A DNA stretch of 64,000 bases from a virus. Taxonomy: Duplodnaviria; Caudoviricetes. Position 1 is the stretch's first letter, and each line of letters opens with the position of its first letter. Of this stretch, positions 1 through 9,299 are shown piece by piece. The notes beneath the pieces were generated by a model. It made no database searches, was not told the origin of the DNA, and worked only from the letters and a program-made list of their open reading frames with translations. The translations under genes were made by a program, and so were the position numbers. Location of the stretch: the IMG/VR virus record IMGVR_UViG_3300001598_000050, positions 6,461-70,460 of that record; one strand, written 5' to 3'.

Positions 1-97
1 AAGAAAAGTTTTTAAACACCTGGTCTCCATTATCTTTTGTTACCACAAATCCAAGAATTTTCTGGTCAAATCCTCTGATAGTTTCCTGTCTTTCCAT
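1..97 (-). CDS. hypothetical phage protein, 5' part only (runs off the window)
   Basis: ATG at 97-95 overlaps the TAA of the upstream gene; reads MERQETIRGFDQKILGFVVTKDNGDQVFKNFS with no stop before position 1. Confidence 0.6.
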   Translation of the reverse strand, partial: MERQETIRGFDQKILGFVVTKDNGDQVFKNFS

Positions 98-879
98 TAG
101 GTTGTCTCCTTTTTACTGTTAATTTTATTATTATGTTTTCTTGTCTGGGCTTCAATTTTTCTGCTCATTTTTTCTGCAGCTCTACGCTGGGCCCTATTTG
201 TCGGCGCCGGAACTTCTGAGTCAATTACCTGTGTACGTCCATTTATAACACTTTCTGTAAAAGCAAGCTGCTGATAAAGCTTTGCGTCTGTTTCGTTAGA
301 AGTTACTTCTGCTGTCAGGTCTTCTGCTCGCTTTGCTACCAGTTTCTTATAAAGTTCGTACGTGGCAGACATAAATTCTTCGTCCGCAAGGTCTTCATCC
401 GTGATAATTCCGTCTTCATTTACGTCAGACACAAGCCCAAGATCAAGTGGTGTCAAGCCATCAAGAAACTGGTACTGCTGGTCGAAGAGTCCGGCGGCCG
501 CTCCCATTAACTTGTTATCTTCGTACTTAAACTCGTCTGTGTAATACTTAACTTCTATTTCAGTCGGTCTGAGCAGCATAATCTGCTTGGTAGGAAAACT
601 TACACTGGTTTCACAAATAAATTTAGGTGCAGCTTTCTTAGTAATAATCGGGTTCATAAAAGTCTTAATACCATCGCTGAACCTGATACAAAATACTCTG
701 TCTTTGTAACCAATCTGGGGTGCAGACAGTGCTGTAAGCTCAGGCTTGGCTTCCATTACGTCCTTTAGTGCATTAACTACTTCAATGCCATGATTTTTGT
801 CAACTCCGTTTTCAGTTATAAACTTAATCGGGGCACAAGCTTCTCTCAGCTTGTCTGCATTTTTAACAATTCTTTTCAT
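97..879 (-). CDS. peptide deformylase-fold protein with degenerate catalytic motifs
   Basis: PDF-like layout (LREAC..., ALSAPQIG, FMNPII, LRPTEIEVKY), but EGCLS reads ETSVS and QHEIDHLDG reads DQQYQFLDG; basic C-terminal tail. Confidence 0.75.
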   Translation of the reverse strand: MKRIVKNADKLREACAPIKFITENGVDKNHGIEVVNALKDVMEAKPELTALSAPQIGYKDRVFCIRFSDGIKTFMNPIITKKAAPKFICETSVSFPTKQIMLLRPTEIEVKYYTDEFKYEDNKLMGAAAGLFDQQYQFLDGLTPLDLGLVSDVNEDGIITDEDLADEEFMSATYELYKKLVAKRAEDLTAEVTSNETDAKLYQQLAFTESVINGRTQVIDSEVPAPTNRAQRRAAEKMSRKIEAQTRKHNNKINSKKETT

Positions 880-995
880 TGTTGCTCCTTATATTATATA
901 ATAATGTAGCATATCGCCACACTATATAATACGATAATTTTTAATAAATTATTAAATTATTAAACTAATAAATTAATAAATTCAAATTTTTTATG

Positions 996-1023
996 AAAAA
1001 AGAGCAGATTTTTGTCTGCTCTC
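996..1023 (-). terminator. rho-independent terminator
   Basis: minus strand AGAGCAGA-CAAAAA-TCTGCTCT followed by a T tract, just after the stop at 1030. Confidence 0.7.
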
Positions 1024-1029
1024 TTGTTT

Positions 1030-1395
1030 TTATTCAGTTTTTTCTGTTAAATCCTTAAGTTGGGTTGTGATCAGCTTCATAAGGTTATCATCTTCAAGTA
1101 TGACTGACCCTTTATCACAACCAGCTTTATGAAACTTTGCCAGAATTTCTTTATTATTGGCAAGATATCTTTTTTCTTTTTGCGTGCGGTTTGGCAGACC
1201 GAACAAGAATATAACATATCCAAGTCTGTCTACATTTTCTCTTATCTTGTCGAGTTCTTCTTTTACCTCTTCAAGACGGTCTTCCGTGATATTACCGGCT
1301 CTGACTGCTTCTTCAAAGTCAGCTAAATCAGCTTTTGCTTCAATATATTGCTGTAGCGTATCTATATAGTACTGCTTTACGTGTTTTAATGCCAT
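1030..1395 (-). CDS. hypothetical protein
   Basis: 121-aa ORF, tightly packed with neighbours. Confidence 0.7.
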   Translation of the reverse strand: MALKHVKQYYIDTLQQYIEAKADLADFEEAVRAGNITEDRLEEVKEELDKIRENVDRLGYVIFLFGLPNRTQKEKRYLANNKEILAKFHKAGCDKGSVILEDDNLMKLITTQLKDLTEKTE

Positions 1396-1398
1396 TTT

Positions 1399-1761
1399 TT
1401 ACTCCAAATTCTTAAATGATTGTGCAATATCCGGAAAGATTCCATAAGCTTCTTCCGGCTGAATTTCTTCTACAGTATCGATTTTTTTCTGGGAATCGTT
1501 CAGGTAAATAGTAACTTCCTTGCTGATTGTTTTTTCTTTATAGTCAAACTTTTTGTAGCTGACTTCAAAGCCAGGCAGCAGTTCAGTTAAGCCGTCGACT
1601 ACTGGCCCAATTTTCAGCATATGTACTTTGCCACAGACTGTTTTATCCATAACGTAGTACTCAAGTCCTTCTGTCGTAGTGCAACGCAGGCACATATTGC
1701 CTGCGTCAACTACGTCAATAGCATTCATAAATGTTTTTTGTTGCTGGTATTCAAATATCAT
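1399..1761 (-). CDS. hypothetical protein
   Basis: 120-aa ORF, ATGA overlap with the upstream gene. Confidence 0.7.
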   Translation of the reverse strand: MIFEYQQQKTFMNAIDVVDAGNMCLRCTTTEGLEYYVMDKTVCGKVHMLKIGPVVDGLTELLPGFEVSYKKFDYKEKTISKEVTIYLNDSQKKIDTVEEIQPEEAYGIFPDIAQSFKNLE

Positions 1762-2054
1762 AGTTTCTCTGTAATCTTCAAATAATAGCTGTCTTCTTCA
1801 AAATTGCCAAATAAAAAGATATTATAAGTAGTTTCTTCAATATCTAGCTCAAAGTAGTTAATTACTTTTGTAGTAGTACCGTTTGTATTATGCTCAAAGT
1901 TAGGATACTCGGTATTGATTGCATTTTCATCCAGCTTGGTGTACATTTTTGCATACTCATTACTGTCTGCGATAGGCAGAATGTAAAAATGGTTTTCATA
2001 ACTACCAGTATCTGCAATTTCCAGCTTTTTTAGCACATCTCTGATATCAGTCAT
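1758..2054 (-). CDS. hypothetical protein
   Basis: 98-aa ORF overlapping both neighbours. Confidence 0.7.
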   Translation of the reverse strand: MTDIRDVLKKLEIADTGSYENHFYILPIADSNEYAKMYTKLDENAINTEYPNFEHNTNGTTTKVINYFELDIEETTYNIFLFGNFEEDSYYLKITEKL

Positions 2055-2577
2055 CAGTCTTCTCCTCTTCTGGTTCTTCAGGCATCTTTATCGGATTAGC
2101 CGCGTTATCTGCAACATTAAGTCCGTTCAGCAAATTAAGTACTGCCTTTTTAACCTTATCTCGTGATTCTTTTGTGGTTCCGTCTAAGTTTACATTAACA
2201 TCATTGCTCTGCTGGTTAATCTGAATAAGCGGGGCTTCTTGTACGCCATTAACCTGCTTCTGGCTACGTTCAATAATATCCTGAACAGTTTTTAAGCCTT
2301 GGAACAGATCTTGTGTGCTGATTTCTTCTGGGTGGGTTGTAAATCTTGTCAGTGACTGTTCAACCAATGTGTCCAGCAGGTCATTCAGCTTATTCTGTCT
2401 GACCATTGTCTTTTTATTTTGGTTAACTGTAAATAACGTTGCAAGGTCTTTGGTTTTTTCAATATCAGTCTCTGCAATAATCTGATTAATCAGTGCAAGC
2501 GATTCAGACTGTAAATCAGCTATTGCCGGTAGCTCTGGCTGCTCACTTTGCACTAAATTCTTTTCTTCTTCCATCAC
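2047..2577 (-). CDS. hypothetical helical protein
   Basis: 176-aa ORF, coupled to neighbours. Confidence 0.7.
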   Translation of the reverse strand: MMEEEKNLVQSEQPELPAIADLQSESLALINQIIAETDIEKTKDLATLFTVNQNKKTMVRQNKLNDLLDTLVEQSLTRFTTHPEEISTQDLFQGLKTVQDIIERSQKQVNGVQEAPLIQINQQSNDVNVNLDGTTKESRDKVKKAVLNLLNGLNVADNAANPIKMPEEPEEEKTDD

Positions 2578-2903
2578 AGTGCACCATTACAGATATTCAG
2601 CAACTTATCAACAATTTCCTGCTCAAGCTCAAGTTCCACAGGGTCTATTTTGTCAGTAAGACTCCTCTTGATAGCAGTCTTAAGCTCTTTACCTGGTATA
2701 AATTTACACTGCATTGTAGACAGCTCTACTGCCAGAGTGCCTAGGCCGATGTTAAGCAGTACTGCTTCCTCCTGCTTTATTTGTGCGTCGTGAATAGCGC
2801 TTCCAATACAGAGTGCTTCCTTATTTGTCAGTTCATCCAGAGCTTTAATAGGTACTCTCGTAAGAGTACTCAGGTCATTAATAATATTTACTTGGTTAGT
2901 CAT
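2574..2903 (-). CDS. possible HU/IHF-like histone-like protein with shortened arm
   Basis: AVLLNIGLGTLAV...KFIPGKELKTAI resembles HU VQLVGFGTF...FKPGKALKDAV. Confidence 0.4.
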   Translation of the reverse strand: MTNQVNIINDLSTLTRVPIKALDELTNKEALCIGSAIHDAQIKQEEAVLLNIGLGTLAVELSTMQCKFIPGKELKTAIKRSLTDKIDPVELELEQEIVDKLLNICNGAL

Positions 2904-3175
2904 AGTTTTTTCTCCTTATTGTTGATTCTTCTTAACGTTTTTAATGGGTCTTTCCTTAACAGCTGCAGTTCGCTCTGCCAAACGTCGAATTTGTATTGCT
3001 CAAGTGATACGTCCAGCTTATGCTGAATGCTGCTTGCCAGGATTTTTTCTTGCTCGTACTTGTGTGAAAAAATATCCTGTATAAATAGCAAGCGTGTTTC
3101 AAATGTTCTTTTGTTTTTGTCAAACTTTTCAGTTGCCATGTTGAATTTGTCCTCTGTCAATATTGTATTCACCAA
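2900..3175 (-). CDS. hypothetical protein
   Basis: 91-aa ORF; true start uncertain. Confidence 0.55.
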   Translation of the reverse strand: MVNTILTEDKFNMATEKFDKNKRTFETRLLFIQDIFSHKYEQEKILASSIQHKLDVSLEQYKFDVWQSELQLLRKDPLKTLRRINNKEKKL

Positions 3176-3524
3176 GAATAGGCAGCAGCTTCAGGTAGGC
3201 CTGTGTAGCGGCTTCTTTTTGGCTGGCTGTTCCGCTTAGTTTAAGCTGTGCATCTGTCAGCGACTGTCCTTCAATATTGATATACTGATAAAGCAGCAGC
3301 GCATTGGCCAGTTCAACAAATTCACTTTCTGTCGGGAATGTAACAGTTTTACCCGCGAAATAGGTAAGCAATCTGGTTAAGTTATTTCCGTCAAGCAGAT
3401 AGCATAATTCACTTAGCACTGCATATTCTGGAATATCTTGCATCTTATACAATGCGAATAACATCAGCGAATATATGTCAGATAGATGTAAGTTATTGAT
3501 ATTTTCTTTAATCCTGTTCTTCAT
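3129..3524 (-). CDS. putative Mor-like transcriptional regulator
   Basis: ELCYLLDGNNLTRLLTYFAGKTVTFP resembles the Mor-family pattern; start moved to MKNRIK at 3524. Confidence 0.4.
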   Translation of the reverse strand: MKNRIKENINNLHLSDIYSLMLFALYKMQDIPEYAVLSELCYLLDGNNLTRLLTYFAGKTVTFPTESEFVELANALLLYQYINIEGQSLTDAQLKLSGTASQKEAATQAYLKLLPILGEYNIDRGQIQHGN

Positions 3525-4332
3525 ACTCTGGTTCCTCTCCTGTAGGATTTGTAATAAGTCTTTCCAGAATTTCATCACTCACCTGGCAAGCACGATAACT
3601 GTCTATAATTTCCAGTTTAAGTTCCGCATAGAACTCCTTCAGTAATACACGTACATAGCCCGCCATAGTTTTCGGCAGCTTCCATAAGAAAATTGTAGTC
3701 GGATTTGCCGTAAGCTGCTTTTTACTTCTGAGCATTGCTGCACAATTAAGCAGAATAGAAATCTTCAGCTTTTTATAGTCCACTGAGCCCGGTTTAAAAG
3801 GTGACTTTTTTAACACCTTGTCGATAAGTGCCGGTGCCATGCGCATTGAGTCCTGCATAAATGGTGCAAGCTGTTCACTTTCCATTTGTGCGCTGTAAGC
3901 CAGCTGTTTAAGATGTTCCTTATAAGTAAACGCATCAAACTTTTTTGACACAAAATCTTCTGCAATTACTTCATTAAACGTTTCCTTCTGGTATTCCAGC
4001 TTCATCGGGTTCAGAAGCGCTTTTGTGTAGTTCAAGCAGGACTTAATCGGTCGTATTTCTTTTCCTTTAATTCGTTTGCCTTGGTTGTGATAATTTTTAA
4101 TCAAAGCAAAATACAGTCTGTTTGCCGCATAAAAAGCATAACCATCATAGTCTTCAAACTTTTGAAACATACGTTTCTTAATTGCAAGAGCCTTTGTCAG
4201 CAGCCACAAATAGTTATACACTGTGTCTGCAACACCGGGTTCTGCAGTCTCTGTTGCAATCTTGGGTACATTCTGATCTATGAAAATACATAAATCAGTG
4301 TAATGCATCCCTGCAGGTTTTCTCCATAACAT
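3508..4332 (-). CDS. hypothetical protein
   Basis: 274-aa ORF with a GAGGAG RBS 8 nt upstream, first gene after a promoter-like site. Confidence 0.75.
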   Translation of the reverse strand: MLWRKPAGMHYTDLCIFIDQNVPKIATETAEPGVADTVYNYLWLLTKALAIKKRMFQKFEDYDGYAFYAANRLYFALIKNYHNQGKRIKGKEIRPIKSCLNYTKALLNPMKLEYQKETFNEVIAEDFVSKKFDAFTYKEHLKQLAYSAQMESEQLAPFMQDSMRMAPALIDKVLKKSPFKPGSVDYKKLKISILLNCAAMLRSKKQLTANPTTIFLWKLPKTMAGYVRVLLKEFYAELKLEIIDSYRACQVSDEILERLITNPTGEEPEYEEQD

Positions 4333-4435
4333 TTTTAATACTCCTCAAAGTTATTAACAATTTACAGCCATATTACTGCCGGCTGTATATATCTCATATA
4401 TTATAATACAATATTTTGTTAATATTTTTAAAAGA

Positions 4436-4465
4436 GAAAAAACACGGTTTTTACGCCGTGCTTTT
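4436..4465 (-). terminator. rho-independent terminator with CGTAAAAA loop
   Basis: AAGCACGG-CGTAAAAA-CCGTGTTTTTT after the sbcC-like stop. Confidence 0.7.
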
Positions 4466-4471
4466 AAGTAG

Positions 4472-6343
4472 TTAAGTAGCTATCTCACTTATGCCTGCAT
4501 CATTTTTTCGTACAAGAAGCTCAGTATCATATCCTATATTAAGTGTTTCCGCGTGATGAGAAATAATGAACAAGCTTTCAATGTCCTTAAGCTTAGCAGT
4601 AATCAGTGTCAGAATTTTGTCAGTCGACACTTTATCCAGAGCATCAAAAATTTCATCAAGTACAATAATATTTGCTGAGTAACCTAAATAGGTACTAAGC
4701 ATGTCTCTGATTGCAAACTGCAGTATCAGGTCTACTCGCTGCTTTTCACCACCGCTGAGACTGTCAAAATATTTATCGCAGTATGAAATTTCAAGAGCAT
4801 TTCCATCAAGATAAACATTAAGAGCGTCTGTACCAAATACTATCTGAGAATACTCTTTTGCTTTTTTATTGATAAACTCAATAATATTTATGAGCAGATA
4901 ACCACGGAAGTCTCTGCGAATAAGTGTTTCAATTTTTTTGACTGCTTCGTAATGTGCCATGGTGCTTGACTTGGATTTTTCAAGCTCAGTCAGATGCTGT
5001 ATAGTTGCTTCAATTTCTGCAGTAACTGCTGCTTGTTTTGTCTTCTGCTCTTCAAGCTGTTTCTGGGCTGTTTCACTGTCGTGCTTAAGTGTTTCAATCT
5101 GCAGATTCAACTTTCCGATTACGGCCTGCTTTGCAGCTATTTCACTGGCCAACTGAATCTGCTTTTGACGAATGGTTGTAATTGCATTCTGTCCGTTTGT
5201 TATCTGAACCGCATATTTTGCTTCAATTTCAGACAGATACTTAGTGTGCGCTGCTTTTACCCGGGCTAAGTCATTCTGTGTCAGTTCTTCTTGTTTTTTC
5301 TGAAGTTCTGCTAGCTGTGTCTTCTGGGCAGTAGTATCTGGCTTGCTGACGCCTTGCAGCTTTTGTCCGCAAGTAGGACAAATATCTGTGATAGAGTCAA
5401 GACGTTTGATTTCCTGCTTTAGCACCGTTGCATTTGCTGTCAGTTGGTTAATCTGGCCATTAATATTATTATATGCATTGGTGTAGCTCTCAAGCTCTTC
5501 AGTGTTCTCTTTTGCTTTGGCATTTGTAAATACCATTAAATCAGCAGTTGCTTGGTCTATTGCTGTATTAAGGCCAACCTGTTCTACACACAGTTGTTCG
5601 AGCATAGTGGTTTCAGATGCTTTATTTTGTTCCAGCTTACCAATTTCAGCGGCATAATCAACTGGTTTATAAGCGTTAATTGCTGCAATAAGTTCAGCCA
5701 GCTGTTTTTCCTGTGCAGTTCTTGTAGTATTAGCCACAAGAATGCTATCTTCTTCCTGTCTCAGCTCTGCCGTCAGTGCTCCTAGACGTGCACTGACTCT
5801 GTTTTTAATATCTTCCAGCATATAGTCGGACTTGGTAAGCTTTTCAAGCATTTCTTTGCGTCCAGAGGGTGAGAATGACGAAAACTTACTGGGCATTCCC
5901 TGACCGATAAGAATTGTAGAGGCTATCAGGTCTTTTGTCAAGTCAGGTAAAAGTTCTGCAAGGCGCTGTTCTGACTCTCTGATGCCTTTTCCGGAAACGT
6001 CAGTATCATTTTTAATGAGCTTCAGGTCAGACCTGGGTCTGTGAGTTCTTGTGATAACATAGTGGTCTCTGTCAACAGTCAAATCCAGCACTGTATAACA
6101 GCTGTCTTCTTCAATATTTATATTCTTCAGATTGTTTTTAAGTCCACTGATAGTCTCTCCGGTAAGAGTATAACAAATAGCAGACCATAAAAAGCTTTTA
6201 CCACTGCCATTCGAAACTGCATTATCTTTTGGACAATTGTTCTGCCCGGAAACCAGACAAAAACCTTTATTAGTCAGGTCTAATTCAGCATGACCATAGC
6301 TGCCAAAATTATGCAGAGTAATTTTATTAAAAATTAAATTCAT
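4472..6343 (-). CDS. sbcC: SbcC/Rad50-like SMC ATPase (T4 gp46-like)
   Basis: Walker A NGSGKS, coiled coil with CPTCG zinc hook, LSGGE signature, Walker B IIVLDE, IISH. Confidence 0.93.
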   Translation of the reverse strand: MNLIFNKITLHNFGSYGHAELDLTNKGFCLVSGQNNCPKDNAVSNGSGKSFLWSAICYTLTGETISGLKNNLKNINIEEDSCYTVLDLTVDRDHYVITRTHRPRSDLKLIKNDTDVSGKGIRESEQRLAELLPDLTKDLIASTILIGQGMPSKFSSFSPSGRKEMLEKLTKSDYMLEDIKNRVSARLGALTAELRQEEDSILVANTTRTAQEKQLAELIAAINAYKPVDYAAEIGKLEQNKASETTMLEQLCVEQVGLNTAIDQATADLMVFTNAKAKENTEELESYTNAYNNINGQINQLTANATVLKQEIKRLDSITDICPTCGQKLQGVSKPDTTAQKTQLAELQKKQEELTQNDLARVKAAHTKYLSEIEAKYAVQITNGQNAITTIRQKQIQLASEIAAKQAVIGKLNLQIETLKHDSETAQKQLEEQKTKQAAVTAEIEATIQHLTELEKSKSSTMAHYEAVKKIETLIRRDFRGYLLINIIEFINKKAKEYSQIVFGTDALNVYLDGNALEISYCDKYFDSLSGGEKQRVDLILQFAIRDMLSTYLGYSANIIVLDEIFDALDKVSTDKILTLITAKLKDIESLFIISHHAETLNIGYDTELLVRKNDAGISEIAT

Positions 6344-6699
6344 TCAAACCAACTTTCTAAGCTGTGTGTAACTATTTCCCAGAAATTACGATAATTCGCA
6401 TCTTTTACTTTTATAAGCTCTGCTCGAGCTTCAGTCGTTAAGTCAGCTGCTGCCGCAAGCTTTCTGTTAGCTTTCAGCCAGTTATTAAAAAATATCATAG
6501 CAGCCTGCAGTGTCTTCAGCTTTAAGTCATTGTCAGGATCCTCAGACTCTATAAACGTAATATCTCTTACATACTGCAAAAGTACCATCAACGAGTGTAA
6601 GTTATTTGGCAGGCTTTCATTCTCAAAATAGCTAAGTAAACCATTAGTTGCTTTATTATAAGCTGCACTGAGCTGCTTTTTAGTCTCTTCAGTAGTCAT
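6340..6699 (-). CDS. hypothetical protein
   Basis: 119-aa ORF with 4-nt overlaps between the sbcD-like and sbcC-like genes. Confidence 0.7.
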   Translation of the reverse strand: MTTEETKKQLSAAYNKATNGLLSYFENESLPNNLHSLMVLLQYVRDITFIESEDPDNDLKLKTLQAAMIFFNNWLKANRKLAAAADLTTEARAELIKVKDANYRNFWEIVTHSLESWFE

Positions 6700-7733
6700 T
6701 TACAAATCTCCGCAAGCTCATAAAGTATAATATCATTATCGCCAAGCTTATTCACACAAAACTCGTGCAGTTTTACAAGATGATCGAGTGTCAGCTCTTC
6801 ATAGCTCGTTTCAACTTCTTCTGAATTTTCTCTTACCAGCATAATTTTTGTTTCAAGTACTTTACCCGCCAAAACAGACTCAAAGCAGTCAGTCAGTCTT
6901 TCTCTGTACTTGTCCAGACACTTGATAGAAAATACATTATTAGCTGTAAAATACTGAGCTGTTTTTTCAAAGTTTGACATAGCCTGCGCAGACAGAAGAT
7001 CAAACTTATAAAACTTTATTGCGTGCGGATTTTCAATAAGTTCATAAGTAAGTGTGTCTGTATCAAGAATCATTATATTATGCTTATACTTCAGTGCATC
7101 TTCTGAGAAGTTCTGCCCGGTCAAATTTCCAAGATTTATAACCTTCTTGGTCAGGTCTGTGCCGTTATGCAGATGCCCGTTTATAAACAAATCACAGTTT
7201 GCTTCAATCTCATCAAGCGTAAAGCCGCTCTGGGAGACGACAGGACCCATCTGGATGCCTTTAATATCATTGTGAGATATTATTATACGTCTTCCGGTCC
7301 GAGGCTTACAGTAGCTTTCCAGGGGCTTACGGTCGCTCTCTACAATGTAGGGTAAAAACATGAGTTCTGTGCCGGCAATCTGCATAGATTGCACTGTAGA
7401 AACAATTGTGTTCTGCGTGCTTTCGAGCACCTTAGTTGAATTGTATTGCAGGTCGCTGACGCCACTCTCGTGATTACCTACTAAGAAGCAGTGTGGCAGA
7501 CCATTCCATTGAATATCTCTTACCGCAGTAATTTCATTTTCATTCAGATTGGGTGTATTAAAAAAATCTCCTGCACAAATTACTGCTTCACAGCCTTTTT
7601 CAACTGCAAGTTTTTCAAGCCAGTTTAAAGACTCAAGTCCATTCTCAAGTCTTACTGAGTATTTAGTGCCAAACTTTCTGACAATTGAAGATACCTCGCA
7701 GAAATGGTTATCGGTAAAAATCAGTACTTTCAT
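6696..7733 (-). CDS. sbcD: SbcD/Mre11-like metallophosphoesterase nuclease (T4 gp47-like)
   Basis: FTDNH, AGDFF, LVGNHE, SHNDI and NGHLH metallophosphoesterase motifs; upstream of the Rad50-like gene. Confidence 0.9.
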   Translation of the reverse strand: MKVLIFTDNHFCEVSSIVRKFGTKYSVRLENGLESLNWLEKLAVEKGCEAVICAGDFFNTPNLNENEITAVRDIQWNGLPHCFLVGNHESGVSDLQYNSTKVLESTQNTIVSTVQSMQIAGTELMFLPYIVESDRKPLESYCKPRTGRRIIISHNDIKGIQMGPVVSQSGFTLDEIEANCDLFINGHLHNGTDLTKKVINLGNLTGQNFSEDALKYKHNIMILDTDTLTYELIENPHAIKFYKFDLLSAQAMSNFEKTAQYFTANNVFSIKCLDKYRERLTDCFESVLAGKVLETKIMLVRENSEEVETSYEELTLDHLVKLHEFCVNKLGDNDIILYELAEICK

Positions 7734-8305
7734 GATACTTCAAAATAGTTTGTAGCCATTTCTGCCATTCTTGTAAGTGCAACCAGCGGGTATTGTTTAA
7801 GAATGTCATGAATATCTACAGTATAAGGTGCAACACTGCTTCCGTACATAATAGCTTCAATCTGTTCATCTGTAAGCGGAATTAGGTTCTTGACTGACAT
7901 ATAAGAGCTGAACCCGAGCTCACCATAAAACGGACGTATTTCTCGAGTACGATAAGCACAGGTAGCTTCCCACTGGCCAGTAATATCATTCTTTACATTT
8001 TTCTGGTATACCTCATACATTTCTGCACGATAAATACCGGAAAGCAGTGCAACAGTAATAATATCAGCATCAGTATACCTGCCAGGGAAATAAGCATTGC
8101 ACAGCTGACCAAGCTCATAGCACATTTTCAGTGCCTGCTCACAAAGCCCGCCGGCATAAGCTCTCTGATACTGGGCTGTCGCCGGTGCCTCAAAGTAATT
8201 GATACTGTTAAGATACTGTGTGAGACTTGTCAGATCAACATTAAGTCTCGACAGAAGCTCGATATACTTCATTTGATTTTCATAACGCTGTTCGTCTGTT
8301 AACAT
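7730..8305 (-). CDS. HD-domain-fold protein lacking metal ligands
   Basis: YFEAPATAQYQRAYAGGLCEQALKM...ALLSGIYRA...KNVKNDITGQWE follows the phage HD family layout, but the His/Asp ligands are replaced. Confidence 0.65.
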   Translation of the reverse strand: MLTDEQRYENQMKYIELLSRLNVDLTSLTQYLNSINYFEAPATAQYQRAYAGGLCEQALKMCYELGQLCNAYFPGRYTDADIITVALLSGIYRAEMYEVYQKNVKNDITGQWEATCAYRTREIRPFYGELGFSSYMSVKNLIPLTDEQIEAIMYGSSVAPYTVDIHDILKQYPLVALTRMAEMATNYFEVS

Positions 8306-8317
8306 TTTTTGCTCCTT

Positions 8318-9220
8318 TTAATGCATATTCAGGTACTTAATGGCACCGACAGCTGCAGTAGCACCATCAGCCACAGCAGTAGCTACCTGTCTTACTGCTT
8401 TTGTACGGCAATCGCCTGCTACAAAAATGCCAGGTACCTTATTATTTATACAGTCTTCTCCGGCAATAATGTAGTTCTTTTCATCACGTTCTGTGAAATC
8501 TTTTGCAAATTCTGTCTTAGGAATCATTCCGATAGCAGCAAAAACTGCATTGCACTTTACTGTCTCGCCAGTAGAAAATGTGACAGTGCTCAGCGTGCCC
8601 TTTGTAGTGTTCTTAACTTCTTTGATCGTACAATTCGGCAACCAGTGAATATTTGCTACCGACTCAATTTGTTTCTGCAGAGCAGGTTCACAGCACATAT
8701 CCATTGTAATGTCAGTCAAAAATACTTCTTTACAATATGTGGCAAGCTCAAGCGCATAAGTGGCGCCTGTATTACCAGAACCACAAACAGTTACAGGCTT
8801 TCCCTTAAACAGCGGTCCATCACAGACAGCACAGTAGTATACGTCTTTTGTATCAAGCTTAAGCTCTTTATGCTCTGCACCGGTCGCAATAATAAGTGTT
8901 TTGCAGAAATAAGTTACTTCGTTTTCACAACAGACATAAATAAGTCCGTGATTATATGTAAGTAGTTTTACGTTATCAATAATATGCTCGATATTCGGAT
9001 ATGTCGAGAACTGCTCAAACATGTTCATTGCAAAATCAGCTCCGGAAACTTCTGAAAATCCCGGAATATTCTTCACCCTAGGCGACTTGGCAATTTGTCC
9101 GCCAAAACCCTCTTTATCAATCAGCACAACGGACTTATCTGCTCTTGCTGTATAAATTGCCGCAGTCATACCTGCAACACCAGCGCCAATAATTCCGACA
9201 TCGTAAATTTTGTCTTTCAT
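8318..9220 (-). CDS. trxB: thioredoxin-disulfide reductase
   Basis: GAGVAG FAD motif, YYCAVCDGP redox CxxC, GSGNTG NADPH motif, GIFVAGD, QVATAVADG. Confidence 0.92.
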   Translation of the reverse strand: MKDKIYDVGIIGAGVAGMTAAIYTARADKSVVLIDKEGFGGQIAKSPRVKNIPGFSEVSGADFAMNMFEQFSTYPNIEHIIDNVKLLTYNHGLIYVCCENEVTYFCKTLIIATGAEHKELKLDTKDVYYCAVCDGPLFKGKPVTVCGSGNTGATYALELATYCKEVFLTDITMDMCCEPALQKQIESVANIHWLPNCTIKEVKNTTKGTLSTVTFSTGETVKCNAVFAAIGMIPKTEFAKDFTERDEKNYIIAGEDCINNKVPGIFVAGDCRTKAVRQVATAVADGATAAVGAIKYLNMH

Positions 9221-9251
9221 ATTAAACTCCTTTGAAAAAATCTTATAATAT

Positions 9252-9293
9252 ATAATACAATAAAAGCAGCAGAAGTATTAACAACTGCTGCTT
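9252..9293 (-). promoter_or_regulatory. fused terminator hairpin and extended -10 promoter
   Basis: AAGCAGCAG-loop-CTGCTGCTTTTATTG-TATTAT immediately upstream of trxB. Confidence 0.6.
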
Positions 9294-9299
9294 ATTTAT

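Noticed and set aside
8309-8965. 218-aa plus-strand ORF and the other short plus-strand ORFs
   Set aside because: All lie antisense to well-supported minus-strand genes and show shadow-frame composition.
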